From Clostridia bacterium (GTDB taxonomy: Bacteria > Bacillota > Clostridia > TANB77 > CAG-508): DNA of 64,000 nucleotides. The stretch's first letter is position 1. The number at the start of each line of letters is the position of its first letter. Below are positions 49,286 through 58,152 of this stretch, piece by piece. The position numbers were made by a program, and so were the translations under genes. A model generated the notes under the pieces. That model was not told where the DNA came from, searched no databases, and saw only the letters and a program-made list of their open reading frames with translations. The DNA lies in NCBI GenBank assembly GCA_017429505.1, contig JAFROW010000010.1, forward strand, positions 2,996-66,995, in the 5' to 3' direction.

Positions 49286-49633
49286 CTATGCTCCCATAAA
49301 CTCTTCGATAGAATCCTTAAGCTTCTTAGAACCCTTAACTGCTTTTCCACCTTTTCCTAGATATGTAGTATCTCCTGGATTAGTATCAATTGTAACAATT
49401 GCTTTTTTCCAATCTGATGTCTTTCCTTGGTGGTATCCTACTCTTTTACTTTTTCCTTTTACACTTATTGTATTTACTTTTAATACTTTAACTTCAAAAA
49501 GTTTTTCAACTGCATTTGCAATCTCAATCTTTGTAGCATTTTTGTTTACCTCGAAAGTGTATTTACCTTGTTGTAACATATCGTTACTTTTTTCTGTAAC
49601 AATTGGTGCTATTATAATATCTTCTGGTTTCAT
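49286..49633 (-). CDS. rplW: 50S ribosomal protein L23 (C-terminal Lys/Gly-rich extension)
   Basis: [40 protein letters not shown]. Confidence 0.9.
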   Translation of the reverse strand: MKPEDIIIAPIVTEKSNDMLQQGKYTFEVNKNATKIEIANAVEKLFEVKVLKVNTISVKGKSKRVGYHQGKTSDWKKAIVTIDTNPGDTTYLGKGGKAVKGSKKLKDSIEEFMGA

Positions 49634-50256
49634 TATGCATACACCTCCTCTATTTTCTTAACAGTATCAAGTGGTAATACTAAGTTTGTATATTTTAATA
49701 AATCATATACATTTATTTCATTTACTAATATTGTTTTTGCACCTTCAATGTTATTTGTTGATGCTTGAACATTTAAGTTCTTTTCTGGTAAAACAATTAA
49801 TGTTTTTCCTGAAAGCTTTAAATCAGCAAATGCTTTTACCATTGATTTTGTTTTTATTTCTTTAAGTTCTAGTTTATCTACAACTGTTAATTCTTTTTCA
49901 AGAACTTTTGAACTTAATACTGATCTTATTGCTAATCTCTTTTCTTTCTTATTTATTGTATATTTGTATGAACGAGGTTTTGGTCCTAAAGCAATACCAC
50001 CTTTAATCCATTGTGGAGCTCTAATAGAACCTTGTCTTGCTCTACCTGTTCCTTTTTGTCTCCAAGGTTTTCTTCCACCACCACGAACTTCTGCTCTTGT
50101 TTTTGTGCTTTGTGTACCTTGTCTTTGATTAGCTAAATAATTGATTAATACTTCATGAACGATGTTTTCGTTTGGCTCAATTCCAAATACATTTTCATTT
50201 AATTCAACATCGCTAACCTTTTTACCTTTTATATCATATACGTCTACTTTTGGCAT
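49633..50256 (-). CDS. rplD: 50S ribosomal protein L4
   Basis: 207 aa, [33 protein letters not shown]. Confidence 0.95.
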   Translation of the reverse strand: MPKVDVYDIKGKKVSDVELNENVFGIEPNENIVHEVLINYLANQRQGTQSTKTRAEVRGGGRKPWRQKGTGRARQGSIRAPQWIKGGIALGPKPRSYKYTINKKEKRLAIRSVLSSKVLEKELTVVDKLELKEIKTKSMVKAFADLKLSGKTLIVLPEKNLNVQASTNNIEGAKTILVNEINVYDLLKYTNLVLPLDTVKKIEEVYA

Positions 50257-50273
50257 TTTTCTTCCTCCTTTCC

Positions 50274-50906
50274 TTAATTAGCCTTAACTGATGATTTTAT
50301 TTTTAAGATAGCTCCTTTAGCTCCTGGAACACTACCTTTTACTAAAATTACATTTTTGTCCATATCTACTCTAACAATGTCTAAGTTTTGGATTGTAACT
50401 AAAACTCTTCCCATATGTCCTGGAAGTTTCTTTCCTTTAAATACTCTTCCTGGTGTAGATGTAGCACCCATTGAACCTGGTCTTCTATGATACATAGATC
50501 CATGTCCCATTGGTCCTCTGTGTTGTCCATGTCTTTTTATAACACCTTGGAATCCTTTTCCTTTTGAAATTCCTTGAATATCAACATTTTCTCCTGCAGC
50601 AAATACATCTGTTTTAATTTCATCTCCAACTTTTACACCTTCAATAGAATCTAATCTAAATTCTCTTAAATGTTTTTTGTTTGCGATTTTTGATTTTGCA
50701 AAATGTCCTGCTTTTGGTTTATTAATGTGTTTTGGTTTAACTTCGCCAAATCCTAATTGTAAAGCATTATATCCATCTGTTTCTATAGTTTTAACTTGTG
50801 CTACAACACATGGTCCTGCTTCAATAACTGTAACTGGAATAACATTTCCTTTTTCATCAAATATTTGTGTCATTCCTAGTTTTCTTCCTATTATTCCTTT
50901 TTTCAT
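50274..50906 (-). CDS. rplC: 50S ribosomal protein L3
   Basis: [33 protein letters not shown]. Confidence 0.95.
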   Translation of the reverse strand: MKKGIIGRKLGMTQIFDEKGNVIPVTVIEAGPCVVAQVKTIETDGYNALQLGFGEVKPKHINKPKAGHFAKSKIANKKHLREFRLDSIEGVKVGDEIKTDVFAAGENVDIQGISKGKGFQGVIKRHGQHRGPMGHGSMYHRRPGSMGATSTPGRVFKGKKLPGHMGRVLVTIQNLDIVRVDMDKNVILVKGSVPGAKGAILKIKSSVKAN

Positions 50907-50970
50907 CTTTCTTTCCTCCTATTGGCTGACTGCTTTGGCCAGCATTGGTTTTTATTTTTTCTTTACTTTT

Positions 50971-51294
50971 TTAAAGTTTTATCTCAATATCCACACCAGC
51001 TGGTAATTCTAACTTCATTAAAGCATCTATAGTTTTTTGTGATGGATAAAGTATATCAATAACTCTTTTATGAGTTCTCATTTCAAATTGTTCTCTTGAA
51101 TCTTTGTGTTTATGTGGAGAACGAATTACTGTTACTATTTCCTTTTTTGTTGGTAACGGAATAGGTCCTGAAACTTTTGCTCCTGTCTTTTTAGCAGTTT
51201 CTACTATTTTTGCAGCAGACTGATCTAAAATAGATGGCTCATAAGCTTTGACTCTTATTCTAATCCTTTCGCTTGTAGCAACTGTTTTTGCCAT
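50971..51294 (-). CDS. rpsJ: 30S ribosomal protein S10 (start trimmed to [18 protein letters not shown]; AAGGAGGG RBS)
   Basis: [40 protein letters not shown]. The upstream 16 codons of the tracked ORF belong to the leader. Confidence 0.9.
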   Translation of the reverse strand: MAKTVATSERIRIRVKAYEPSILDQSAAKIVETAKKTGAKVSGPIPLPTKKEIVTVIRSPHKHKDSREQFEMRTHKRVIDILYPSQKTIDALMKLELPAGVDIEIKL

Positions 51295-51530
51295 ACTAAT
51301 TTCCCTCCTTCTTATTAATTTATTTTGAATATAGCTTGGCAAGTAGTAACGCTACCTGGTGTTTTGAAATCTACCAGTATTAAATCCCAAATTTGTATGA
51401 TAAAATTGGGATAAGTGCTTTTCAACTTACCGCCTGGTCTAAGCCATGACATACTCCACTGAAGTTCCCTCCACCCCTTTTGCATAGTGGGTGTAGCCAC
51501 ATTCAGCTTCAACGCTAAAATTCATACTAT
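51295..51530 (-). promoter_or_regulatory. structured 5' leader of the S10 operon (several hairpins; not protein-coding)
   Basis: Minus strand has ~10-bp stem AUCCCAAUUUU...AAAUUUGGGAU and shorter stems CUGG/CCAG, CCAC/GUGG and GUAG/CUAC. The tracked 65-aa ORF here looks spurious. Confidence 0.4.
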
Positions 51531-51543
51531 ACTAGTATATAAC

Positions 51544-51573
51544 AAAAAAGGCTTGTTGTCAAGCCTTTTTTTA
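51544..51573. terminator. bidirectional rho-independent terminator after the dockerin gene and before the S10 promoter region
   Basis: AAAAAAGGCTTG-TTGT-CAAGCCTTTTTTT. A-run and T-run on both sides. Confidence 0.7.
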
Positions 51574-51666
51574 TATTTTTTTCATATATTTTTATTTTTC
51601 TTAACTTTTATTTTTATAATTATATATTTATTATTTTTTTAAGTTAATAATGTATTATAATAATTA

Positions 51667-53760
51667 TTATATATCAATTTTGTATGTGTATGTTTTTCCA
51701 TAATCTGTATATGATACAATTACAGAACCATTACATATTGCAATAGATTCAGGTTCAAAGTATTTTAAATTACTTGGCTTTTTTGGTAATGTAATTTCAT
51801 TAATAACTTTAGTCTTTAAGTTTAATCTCCATAAGTTACTATCATTTATTCCTGAAAGTATATATATGCATCCCTTATAGTAGCATGTATCTTGTATGTA
51901 ATCCATTAATTTACAGTCAAATACCTCCATAATATCTTTTTGGCTTATTATTGCATTTTTATTTGATATATTAGGTATCTTAAATTTAAAAAATCTAGTT
52001 TTCTTTTCACTTAATCTTAAATTATAAACATACATATAGTTATTGTCAGTATCTATTACAAAATTTCCAAATGTTCTTTTTGTGTCTTTTACATTTTTCC
52101 AAATACTTGTGTTAATAAATCCAATTTTAATAGTCTGTTTTAGTTCACACTTAAATTTTTCATCTGCTCCTACAATTAGTCTATATACATAGCATACTCC
52201 GTCTTGTACTCCTTTATCATTATAAGCATTTATATATAACAATGGATATTTATCTGTTTTTTTATAAAATTGTTTACTAAAAGATACTGCATTGCAATGT
52301 GGAAAATTATTCTTACCATTTGGTAATGTAAATGTATTAACAAACTTATTTGTTTTTAAATTATAAACATTACATTTCCCTCCAGAAGAAAACATAAAAA
52401 GTCTATTATTATATATTTCGCAACCTTGTTGAGCCTTTATAGATTTTTGTAATGTAATTTTAGTTATTTTTCTAGGTATTTTGTCAATTACTTTAATTTT
52501 GCAAGTTGCAATTTTTCCATATTTAGAAGTAGCTCTAATTGTTGTTTCTCCATTTTCTTTCGCTGTAACAACACCATTTGAGTTCACCGAAGCTATGCTA
52601 GGTTTAAGTGATTCCCATCTTATTTCTTTTGAAGTTGTGTTTGTCGGATTAAAACTTACAACAAATTTTTGTGTACTTCCTTTATATAATGTCATATTTG
52701 TTGTATTTAAGCTTATACTTTTGGCTGGAATATTCACTTTTATAATGCATGTTGCTTTCTTCCCATTTGATGTAGACGCTGTTATAGTTATTTTTCCTGG
52801 TTTTATTCCTTTTACAACACCTTTTTTATTTACTTTAGCAATATTGTTGTTTGATGAAACCCATGTAATTGTTTTATTTGTTGTGTTTGTAGGTTGTATA
52901 GTAGCATTTAACTGTAAACTTGTTCCCACAGGTACTGTACAATCTGTTTGTTTTAATGTTATTCCTGTTGATTTTACTTCTGATTGTTTCTTTAAAATAT
53001 TTTTTGTATAAATTTCTCGTTCTGTTGTTGCCATTTCTATTTTTTCATTTTCATCATTTGAATAAGTCGATTCTATTAATGTTGTATTATCACTTTTTAA
53101 AATTTCCATTGTTGGGTTTTCAACTATTTCATTCTTTTCTGTAACTTCAATTTGACATGTTTTATATAAACCATTTATTGTTTTTGCTGTTATTATTGTT
53201 ATTCCTGCTTTTAATCCTGTTACATTTCCTATGCCATCAACTGTTGCTACCTTTGAGTCTGATGAACTCCATGTTACTACTTTATTAGTAGCATTTGTTG
53301 GAGAAATTGTTGATATTAATTTTGTACTTTTTCCTTCTTCTAATTTTATGACTGTTCTATCTAATGTAATTTGTGTTACTTCTATACTTTTCCATTTTTT
53401 TTCAATGTATGTTTTCCAATCTGAATGTTTTTGTTCGATTGTTGGAATTGTTGAAGCAGCTATATATTCCATTTCTCTTAATGTGTCAATAGAATCTATT
53501 ATTCCATCTTCATTTATATCTCCAAATTTAAATTTTTCACCTGTTAAAATCCAGTCTGAGTGTTTTTGATTTATTGAAGGAATAGTTGATGCTGCTATAT
53601 GCTCTAGTATTTTTAAAGTATCTCTTGAATCTATTACTTCATCTCCATTTATATCTCCTATTTTTAAGTTATTTTCTACTGCATTTTCTGTTTTGGGTAT
53701 AATACAAAAAAACATAGCTATTATTAAGATTGGGATTATTTTTTTACATAAAATTTTCAT
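51667..53760 (-). CDS. secreted protein with an N-terminal dockerin-type repeat pair, three Big_2-like Ig domains and a ~280-aa C-terminal domain of unknown function (start at MKILCKK; GGAGGAAGG RBS)
   Basis: Signal peptide. GDINGDEVIDSRDTLKILEHIAAS / GDINEDGIIDSIDTLREMEYIAAS is a duplicated Ca-binding dockerin-like segment. Three ~80-aa repeats with the Big_2 pattern (VTWSSSD..VATVD..G.V.G...G.A.I.A). Confidence 0.6.
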   Translation of the reverse strand: MKILCKKIIPILIIAMFFCIIPKTENAVENNLKIGDINGDEVIDSRDTLKILEHIAASTIPSINQKHSDWILTGEKFKFGDINEDGIIDSIDTLREMEYIAASTIPTIEQKHSDWKTYIEKKWKSIEVTQITLDRTVIKLEEGKSTKLISTISPTNATNKVVTWSSSDSKVATVDGIGNVTGLKAGITIITAKTINGLYKTCQIEVTEKNEIVENPTMEILKSDNTTLIESTYSNDENEKIEMATTEREIYTKNILKKQSEVKSTGITLKQTDCTVPVGTSLQLNATIQPTNTTNKTITWVSSNNNIAKVNKKGVVKGIKPGKITITASTSNGKKATCIIKVNIPAKSISLNTTNMTLYKGSTQKFVVSFNPTNTTSKEIRWESLKPSIASVNSNGVVTAKENGETTIRATSKYGKIATCKIKVIDKIPRKITKITLQKSIKAQQGCEIYNNRLFMFSSGGKCNVYNLKTNKFVNTFTLPNGKNNFPHCNAVSFSKQFYKKTDKYPLLYINAYNDKGVQDGVCYVYRLIVGADEKFKCELKQTIKIGFINTSIWKNVKDTKRTFGNFVIDTDNNYMYVYNLRLSEKKTRFFKFKIPNISNKNAIISQKDIMEVFDCKLMDYIQDTCYYKGCIYILSGINDSNLWRLNLKTKVINEITLPKKPSNLKYFEPESIAICNGSVIVSYTDYGKTYTYKIDI

Positions 53761-54028
53761 AATCCTTCCTCCTTCCATAATCTTCTGATATACTTATATT
53801 ATACCATTTTTAGTTAAGAAAGTCAATTTTTTATGTTTACTATGTTGCTATTATTTAAATAGTGTTTGGTGTATTTTTATATAGAAAAAATACCACTTAT
53901 CTTAATAGATACGTAGTATTTTTTATTACATAAAAAATCGCAAAATATTTCCAGATCAACAAGATTAAGTTTCCATGATTTGCACGATTGTAAAGCAATC
54001 TACACATATGTCAAAGTCACTTTTCTTA

Positions 54029-55501
54029 TTATATATTTAATTTTTTATATCGTACAAAGAACCATACTGATAATGAAATAAGTGCTACTATTCCTAAGAA
54101 AATTAACAATGTTTCTGCATCTCCTGAATAAGGTAAACTTTTACTTTTATTTGATGCTTTTTTAGTTATATCTTTTATACTTGATACTTTTTTACTTTCT
54201 TTTGTAGCTTCATCTATAATAGTAGTTCCTGATGTATCTCCAATTGTTGTTCCATTTTCTGATGTACCGCCATTTGATATAGTGCTATTTGAAGTATCTC
54301 CATTTGATATTTTACCTTCTGTTTCAGTTCCATCTAATATACTTCCGCCTGATGTACTTCCTCCTGTTGAACTTTCTCCTGTTGAACTCCCTCCTGATGT
54401 GCTTCCTCCTGTTGAACTCCCTCCAGATGTGCCTCCACTTGATGTTTCTCCTCCTGTTGAAGTTCCGCCTGATGTGCTTCCTCCTGTTGAACTTCCGCCT
54501 GATGTGCTTCCTCCTGATGTACCTCCACTAGTACTTTGAGATGACTCTACTTTTATGTTTAATGTGGTATCGATTAATGTGATTTTGCTATTATCAGCAG
54601 TAGTTGCCTTTATATTAGTAATTTTTGTTTGATATGTACCATTTTCCAATCCAGTTTTAGGTGTATAAATAATTTTTGCAATAGTTTCATCGCTTTTCCA
54701 AGCTTCAGAATTATTTGAAGAAATTGTAATATATCCTTCTCTGTTTACCAATGACCACTTATCTTCATTATAATTCCTAACTTTACAATCAAATCTACTT
54801 GAGTCATAATTTCCTATATAAAACTCAACCATTTTTAATCCATTACCTGCATTTACATTTGAAACCTTTACATTATATGTAATATCTTCTGTTGGTTTAA
54901 CACTAGTTTTGTCTGGTATAAAAGAAAAATTACATGAATAACTATTACCTGTACTTCCTCCTGATGGACTTTCTCCTGATGTACCTCCGCTAGTGCTTTG
55001 TGAAGATTCAACTTTTATATTTAGTGTTAAATCATTTAATGTCATCAAGCTATCATCAGCTGCAGTAGATTTTATATTAGTAATTTTAGTTTGATATGTA
55101 CCATTTGTCAATCCGGTTCTAGGTGTAAAAACAATTTTTGCAAGTATTTCATCTGTTTTCCACGCTTCAGAATTGTTCGATGTTATTGTAATATATCCTT
55201 CTCTGTTTACTAATGACCATTTGTCTTCATTATAATTTCTAATTTTGCAATCAAATTTGCTTGAATCATAATTTCCTATATAAAATTCAACCATCTTTAA
55301 TCCATTACCTGCATTTATATTAGATACTTTTAAATTATATGTAATATCTTCTCCTGGTTTCACACTAGTTTTATCAGAAATAGCAGTTATATTACATGTA
55401 TAATTATTCGCTGCATACACATATGGTTTTGTTATAAATGTAATCACAACTATAGCCACAAAAAACACCTTAAAAAATTTTACTTTCATATTTACTGACA
55501 T
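54029..55501 (-). CDS. cell-surface scaffold-like protein: signal peptide, two ~85%-identical cohesin-like modules, Gly/Ser/Thr linkers and a C-terminal sorting-signal-like tail (SLPYSGD + TM + RYKK)
   Basis: Module motifs GLKMVEFYIGNYDSSRFDC, REGYITISSNN, ETIAKIIYTPKTGLENGTY and ITLIDTTLNIKV are collinear with type-I cohesin. The start is ambiguous (55489, 55501 or 55585). Confidence 0.55.
   Translation of the reverse strand: MSVNMKVKFFKVFFVAIVVITFITKPYVYAANNYTCNITAISDKTSVKPGEDITYNLKVSNINAGNGLKMVEFYIGNYDSSKFDCKIRNYNEDKWSLVNREGYITITSNNSEAWKTDEILAKIVFTPRTGLTNGTYQTKITNIKSTAADDSLMTLNDLTLNIKVESSQSTSGGTSGESPSGGSTGNSYSCNFSFIPDKTSVKPTEDITYNVKVSNVNAGNGLKMVEFYIGNYDSSRFDCKVRNYNEDKWSLVNREGYITISSNNSEAWKSDETIAKIIYTPKTGLENGTYQTKITNIKATTADNSKITLIDTTLNIKVESSQSTSGGTSGGSTSGGSSTGGSTSGGTSTGGETSSGGTSGGSSTGGSTSGGSSTGESSTGGSTSGGSILDGTETEGKISNGDTSNSTISNGGTSENGTTIGDTSGTTIIDEATKESKKVSSIKDITKKASNKSKSLPYSGDAETLLIFLGIVALISLSVWFFVRYKKLNI
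54336..54532. repeat. tandem ~30-nt nucleotide repeats encoding the (SGGS/TSTGG)n linker of the cohesin scaffold gene
   Basis: Repeated cctcctgttgaactYccNcctgatgtgcttc units. They create the spurious overlapping ORFs 54282..54539 (+), 54289..54531 (+) and 54334..54528 (-). Confidence 0.8.
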
Positions 55502-55577
55502 TCCTTTCAAGAAATAAAATTTGATTAAAAATAATTGTTTTTCAAACTTATATCCTATGCTTTTATTCTTTTTTGTA

Positions 55578-56225
55578 TTAATCAACTTTTATATTGATAT
55601 TATTATCAGCAATGCTAAAAATTTGGCTATCTCCAGAAGTAAATTTAATATTATTAAGTGAAGTTTTGTAGCTACCAGCAGATACATTTGATTTAGCAGT
55701 AAAAACAATTTTTGCAATTACTTGATCTTCAGTACTTACATCATCACTTTTTACCATTGTTAGATATCCTTCTAAAAAGCCTATTTTCGACCAATTTTCT
55801 TCTTCATTACTAATAACCTTACAATCAAATAAATTAGAATCATAATCTATATATGTTTCAAATGATCTAATACCTTGTCCTGCATTGATATTTGAAATTT
55901 TCACTTCGTATTCTATAGATTCTCCTGGTTTTATGCTTTTTTTATCTCCATTTATTGAAATATTGCAAGAATAATTGTTATTCTCTACGCTTTTTTTAGT
56001 TTCTGTTGTACTTCTTGTATTATTAGTATCACCATTATAATAGTGATCTACCAAAGTATTATATTGACTTTTAGATTTAAAATATGCTGACCAAGAAATA
56101 ATATTTAAAACTATTGCAAATATTAAAAGTGCAATTACTAATCCATAAATCCATATATTTTTCTTTTGAATTTTAATAACTCCTTCTTCTGGTGCTCTTC
56201 TATCTCCTTTTCTTCTGTCTCCCAT
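55578..56225 (-). CDS. type-II membrane-anchored protein with a single diverged cohesin-like module
   Basis: N-terminal cytoplasmic GDRRKGDRR, TM IWIYGLVIALLIFAIVL, then IEYEVKISNINAGQGIRSFETYIDYDSNLFDC ... DQVIAKIVFTAKSNVSAGSY. GGAGGA RBS. Confidence 0.5.
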   Translation of the reverse strand: MGDRRKGDRRAPEEGVIKIQKKNIWIYGLVIALLIFAIVLNIISWSAYFKSKSQYNTLVDHYYNGDTNNTRSTTETKKSVENNNYSCNISINGDKKSIKPGESIEYEVKISNINAGQGIRSFETYIDYDSNLFDCKVISNEEENWSKIGFLEGYLTMVKSDDVSTEDQVIAKIVFTAKSNVSAGSYKTSLNNIKFTSGDSQIFSIADNNINIKVD

Positions 56226-56356
56226 TTTTCATTCCTCCATTTTCTTTATTAAATTTTTCATTTCATTTTTATTATATAGTTTTATAAAATAAAAATCAAG
56301 TATTTTTTTCGATTTTTTTTTTGGAAATTTGTAACATATTTTTAAGACATACCTAA

Positions 56357-57242
56357 TTACATATATTCTTCTATAATTTCTTCATATTTTGTTACTAATT
56401 TTGCACCTTGTCTTATAAGTTCATTGGTTCCCATAGAATTTACAGAATCAATATTACCTGGAATTACAAAAACATCTCTTCCCTCTTCTAACGCAAAATC
56501 TATTGTAATCATTGTCCCACTTTTTTGTTTTGCTTCAACAACTAAAACACCATTACACAATCCACTTACTATTCTATTCCTTGCAGGGAAATTTTCTCTA
56601 TTTGGTCCGAATTCCCAAAGGATATTCCGAAATAATACAGCCTCCTGACTTTATAATATTATCTGCAAGTTTTATATTTTCTGAAGGAAATACTGTGTCT
56701 AATCCATTTCCTAAAACTGCAATAGTTTTCCCTATTTTGTTTTTTGGTTCTAAAACATTATCACTTTGTATATTTTTTTTAAGCTTTTTACTATCACAAG
56801 CTGCATTTAGTGCACCAATATGTGCATAAGAATCTATCCCTCTTGCTAATCCACTAACTATATTTATTCCGCTAGCTGATAATTTATATGCAAAATCTCT
56901 TGCAACACTTTTTCCATATTCTGTTGCATCTCTACTTCCAACTATTGCAATATTAACATTATTTAAAATTTCTTTTTTCCCCCTTATATATAAACAAAGA
57001 GGCGGATTATAAATTTTCTTTAATATCTGTGGATACTCTTTATCTTCTATAAAAATTATATCTATAGAATGTTTTTGCATATAATCTAAATGTCTTTTTA
57101 CATCTTGTTTTATTTGTTTATTGGCTATAACTTTCGAAAGCTTTGGACCAATACTCTCTATTTTTTGCAATTCATTTTCAGAAGCATTCCATATATTTTC
57201 TTTTGAACCAAATTCTTGAATCAAATTTTGATACCTTTTCAT
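56357..57242 (-). pseudogene. dprA: dprA (DNA-processing protein A / Smf) split by a 1-nt frameshift near 56603-56612
   Basis: N-part 56598..57242 carries IAIVGSRDATEYG ... GLARGIDSYAHIGAL ... TIAVLGNGLD. C-part 56357..56560 carries GVLVVEAKQKSGTMITIDFALEEGRDVFVIPGNI. Reading one frame over at the junction gives PNRENFPARNRIVSGLCNGVLV, which restores a full DprA. Confidence 0.7.
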
Positions 57243-57378
57243 TCCTAAATTTTTTATGAGCGAAATCCAAACATTAAATTTTTTTTCTTCTATTTTTATG
57301 TCCTCCTCTTCTTGCCCCTAAAAAAGTATAACACGATAAAAGAATTTTTGCAAGAAAAAAAGACGAATTTCTTCGCCT

Positions 57379-58125
57379 CTACTCATAAAAATAATCTATT
57401 ATTCCATTATAAATTCCCCATGCAAGCCTATTTTGATAACTGTCTGTAAGCAATTGTTTCTTTTCCTGAGGATTAGATAAAAATCCACATTCTACTATAG
57501 TTGTCGGAATTTCAACATTATTTATGATATAAATATTTTCAATTTTAGCTGCAACTCTTTTATTTTCTTTTTGTATCGCTTCATTTAAATTTGCTTGAAT
57601 TTGCTTTGCAAGTTTTTGCCCTTGCTCACTATTTTTATTATAAAAAGTCTGCCATCCATCATATTGTTGCTCAGGAATCTTATTTAAATGAATCGAAACA
57701 AATATATCTGCTGATGCTTCATTTCCAATTTTTACTCTATTTCTTATATCTGAAATTTTTTTCTGCCTTAAAGTGTTACTATCTAAATCATAGATTCCAT
57801 TTTCATCAGAACGTGTTAATATAACTGTACATCCACTTTGTTCCAATAAATTTTGCAATTTTAATGCAATTTTCAAATTCGTTTGTGCTTCTGTTGTTCC
57901 ATCTCCAACTTCTGCTCCTTCATCTGGAATTCCATGTCCTGCATCTACTACAACAACCTTTCCTGAAACAGGCAAGCTCACTGTGTCAATATATTCTGAA
58001 TTGTTATCTTTGTTGCTCAAAGAAACAGCCATAATCATAAAAACTGCAAACATTCCTAATACAAAATATCTTATTTTCTTTCCACTTAATACTAACATAA
58101 AAAACCTCACACATTTTTTATACAT
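57379..58125 (-). CDS. cwlD: N-acetylmuramoyl-L-alanine amidase (Amidase_3). CwlD-like germination-specific amidase
   Basis: Signal anchor. VVVDAGHGIPDEGAEVGDGTTEAQTNLKIALKL ... IFVSIHLN motifs. ~248 aa like CwlD. Confidence 0.75.
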   Translation of the reverse strand: MYKKCVRFFMLVLSGKKIRYFVLGMFAVFMIMAVSLSNKDNNSEYIDTVSLPVSGKVVVVDAGHGIPDEGAEVGDGTTEAQTNLKIALKLQNLLEQSGCTVILTRSDENGIYDLDSNTLRQKKISDIRNRVKIGNEASADIFVSIHLNKIPEQQYDGWQTFYNKNSEQGQKLAKQIQANLNEAIQKENKRVAAKIENIYIINNVEIPTTIVECGFLSNPQEKKQLLTDSYQNRLAWGIYNGIIDYFYE

Positions 58126-58152
58126 ATATATGTGCGAGATTTTATTTTATAA

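Noticed and set aside
51315-51512. 65-aa minus-strand ORF upstream of rpsJ
   Set aside because: Overlaps the structured S10 leader, has no RBS and no protein-like composition. The true rpsJ start with an AAGGAGGG RBS is at 51294.
54282-54539. Three overlapping ORFs (54282..54539 +, 54289..54531 +, 54334..54528 -) with Pro/Val/Leu- or Glu/Gln/His-rich repetitive translations
   Set aside because: They are alternative-frame readings of the ~30-nt tandem repeats encoding the Gly/Ser/Thr linker of the cohesin scaffold gene. Not independent genes.
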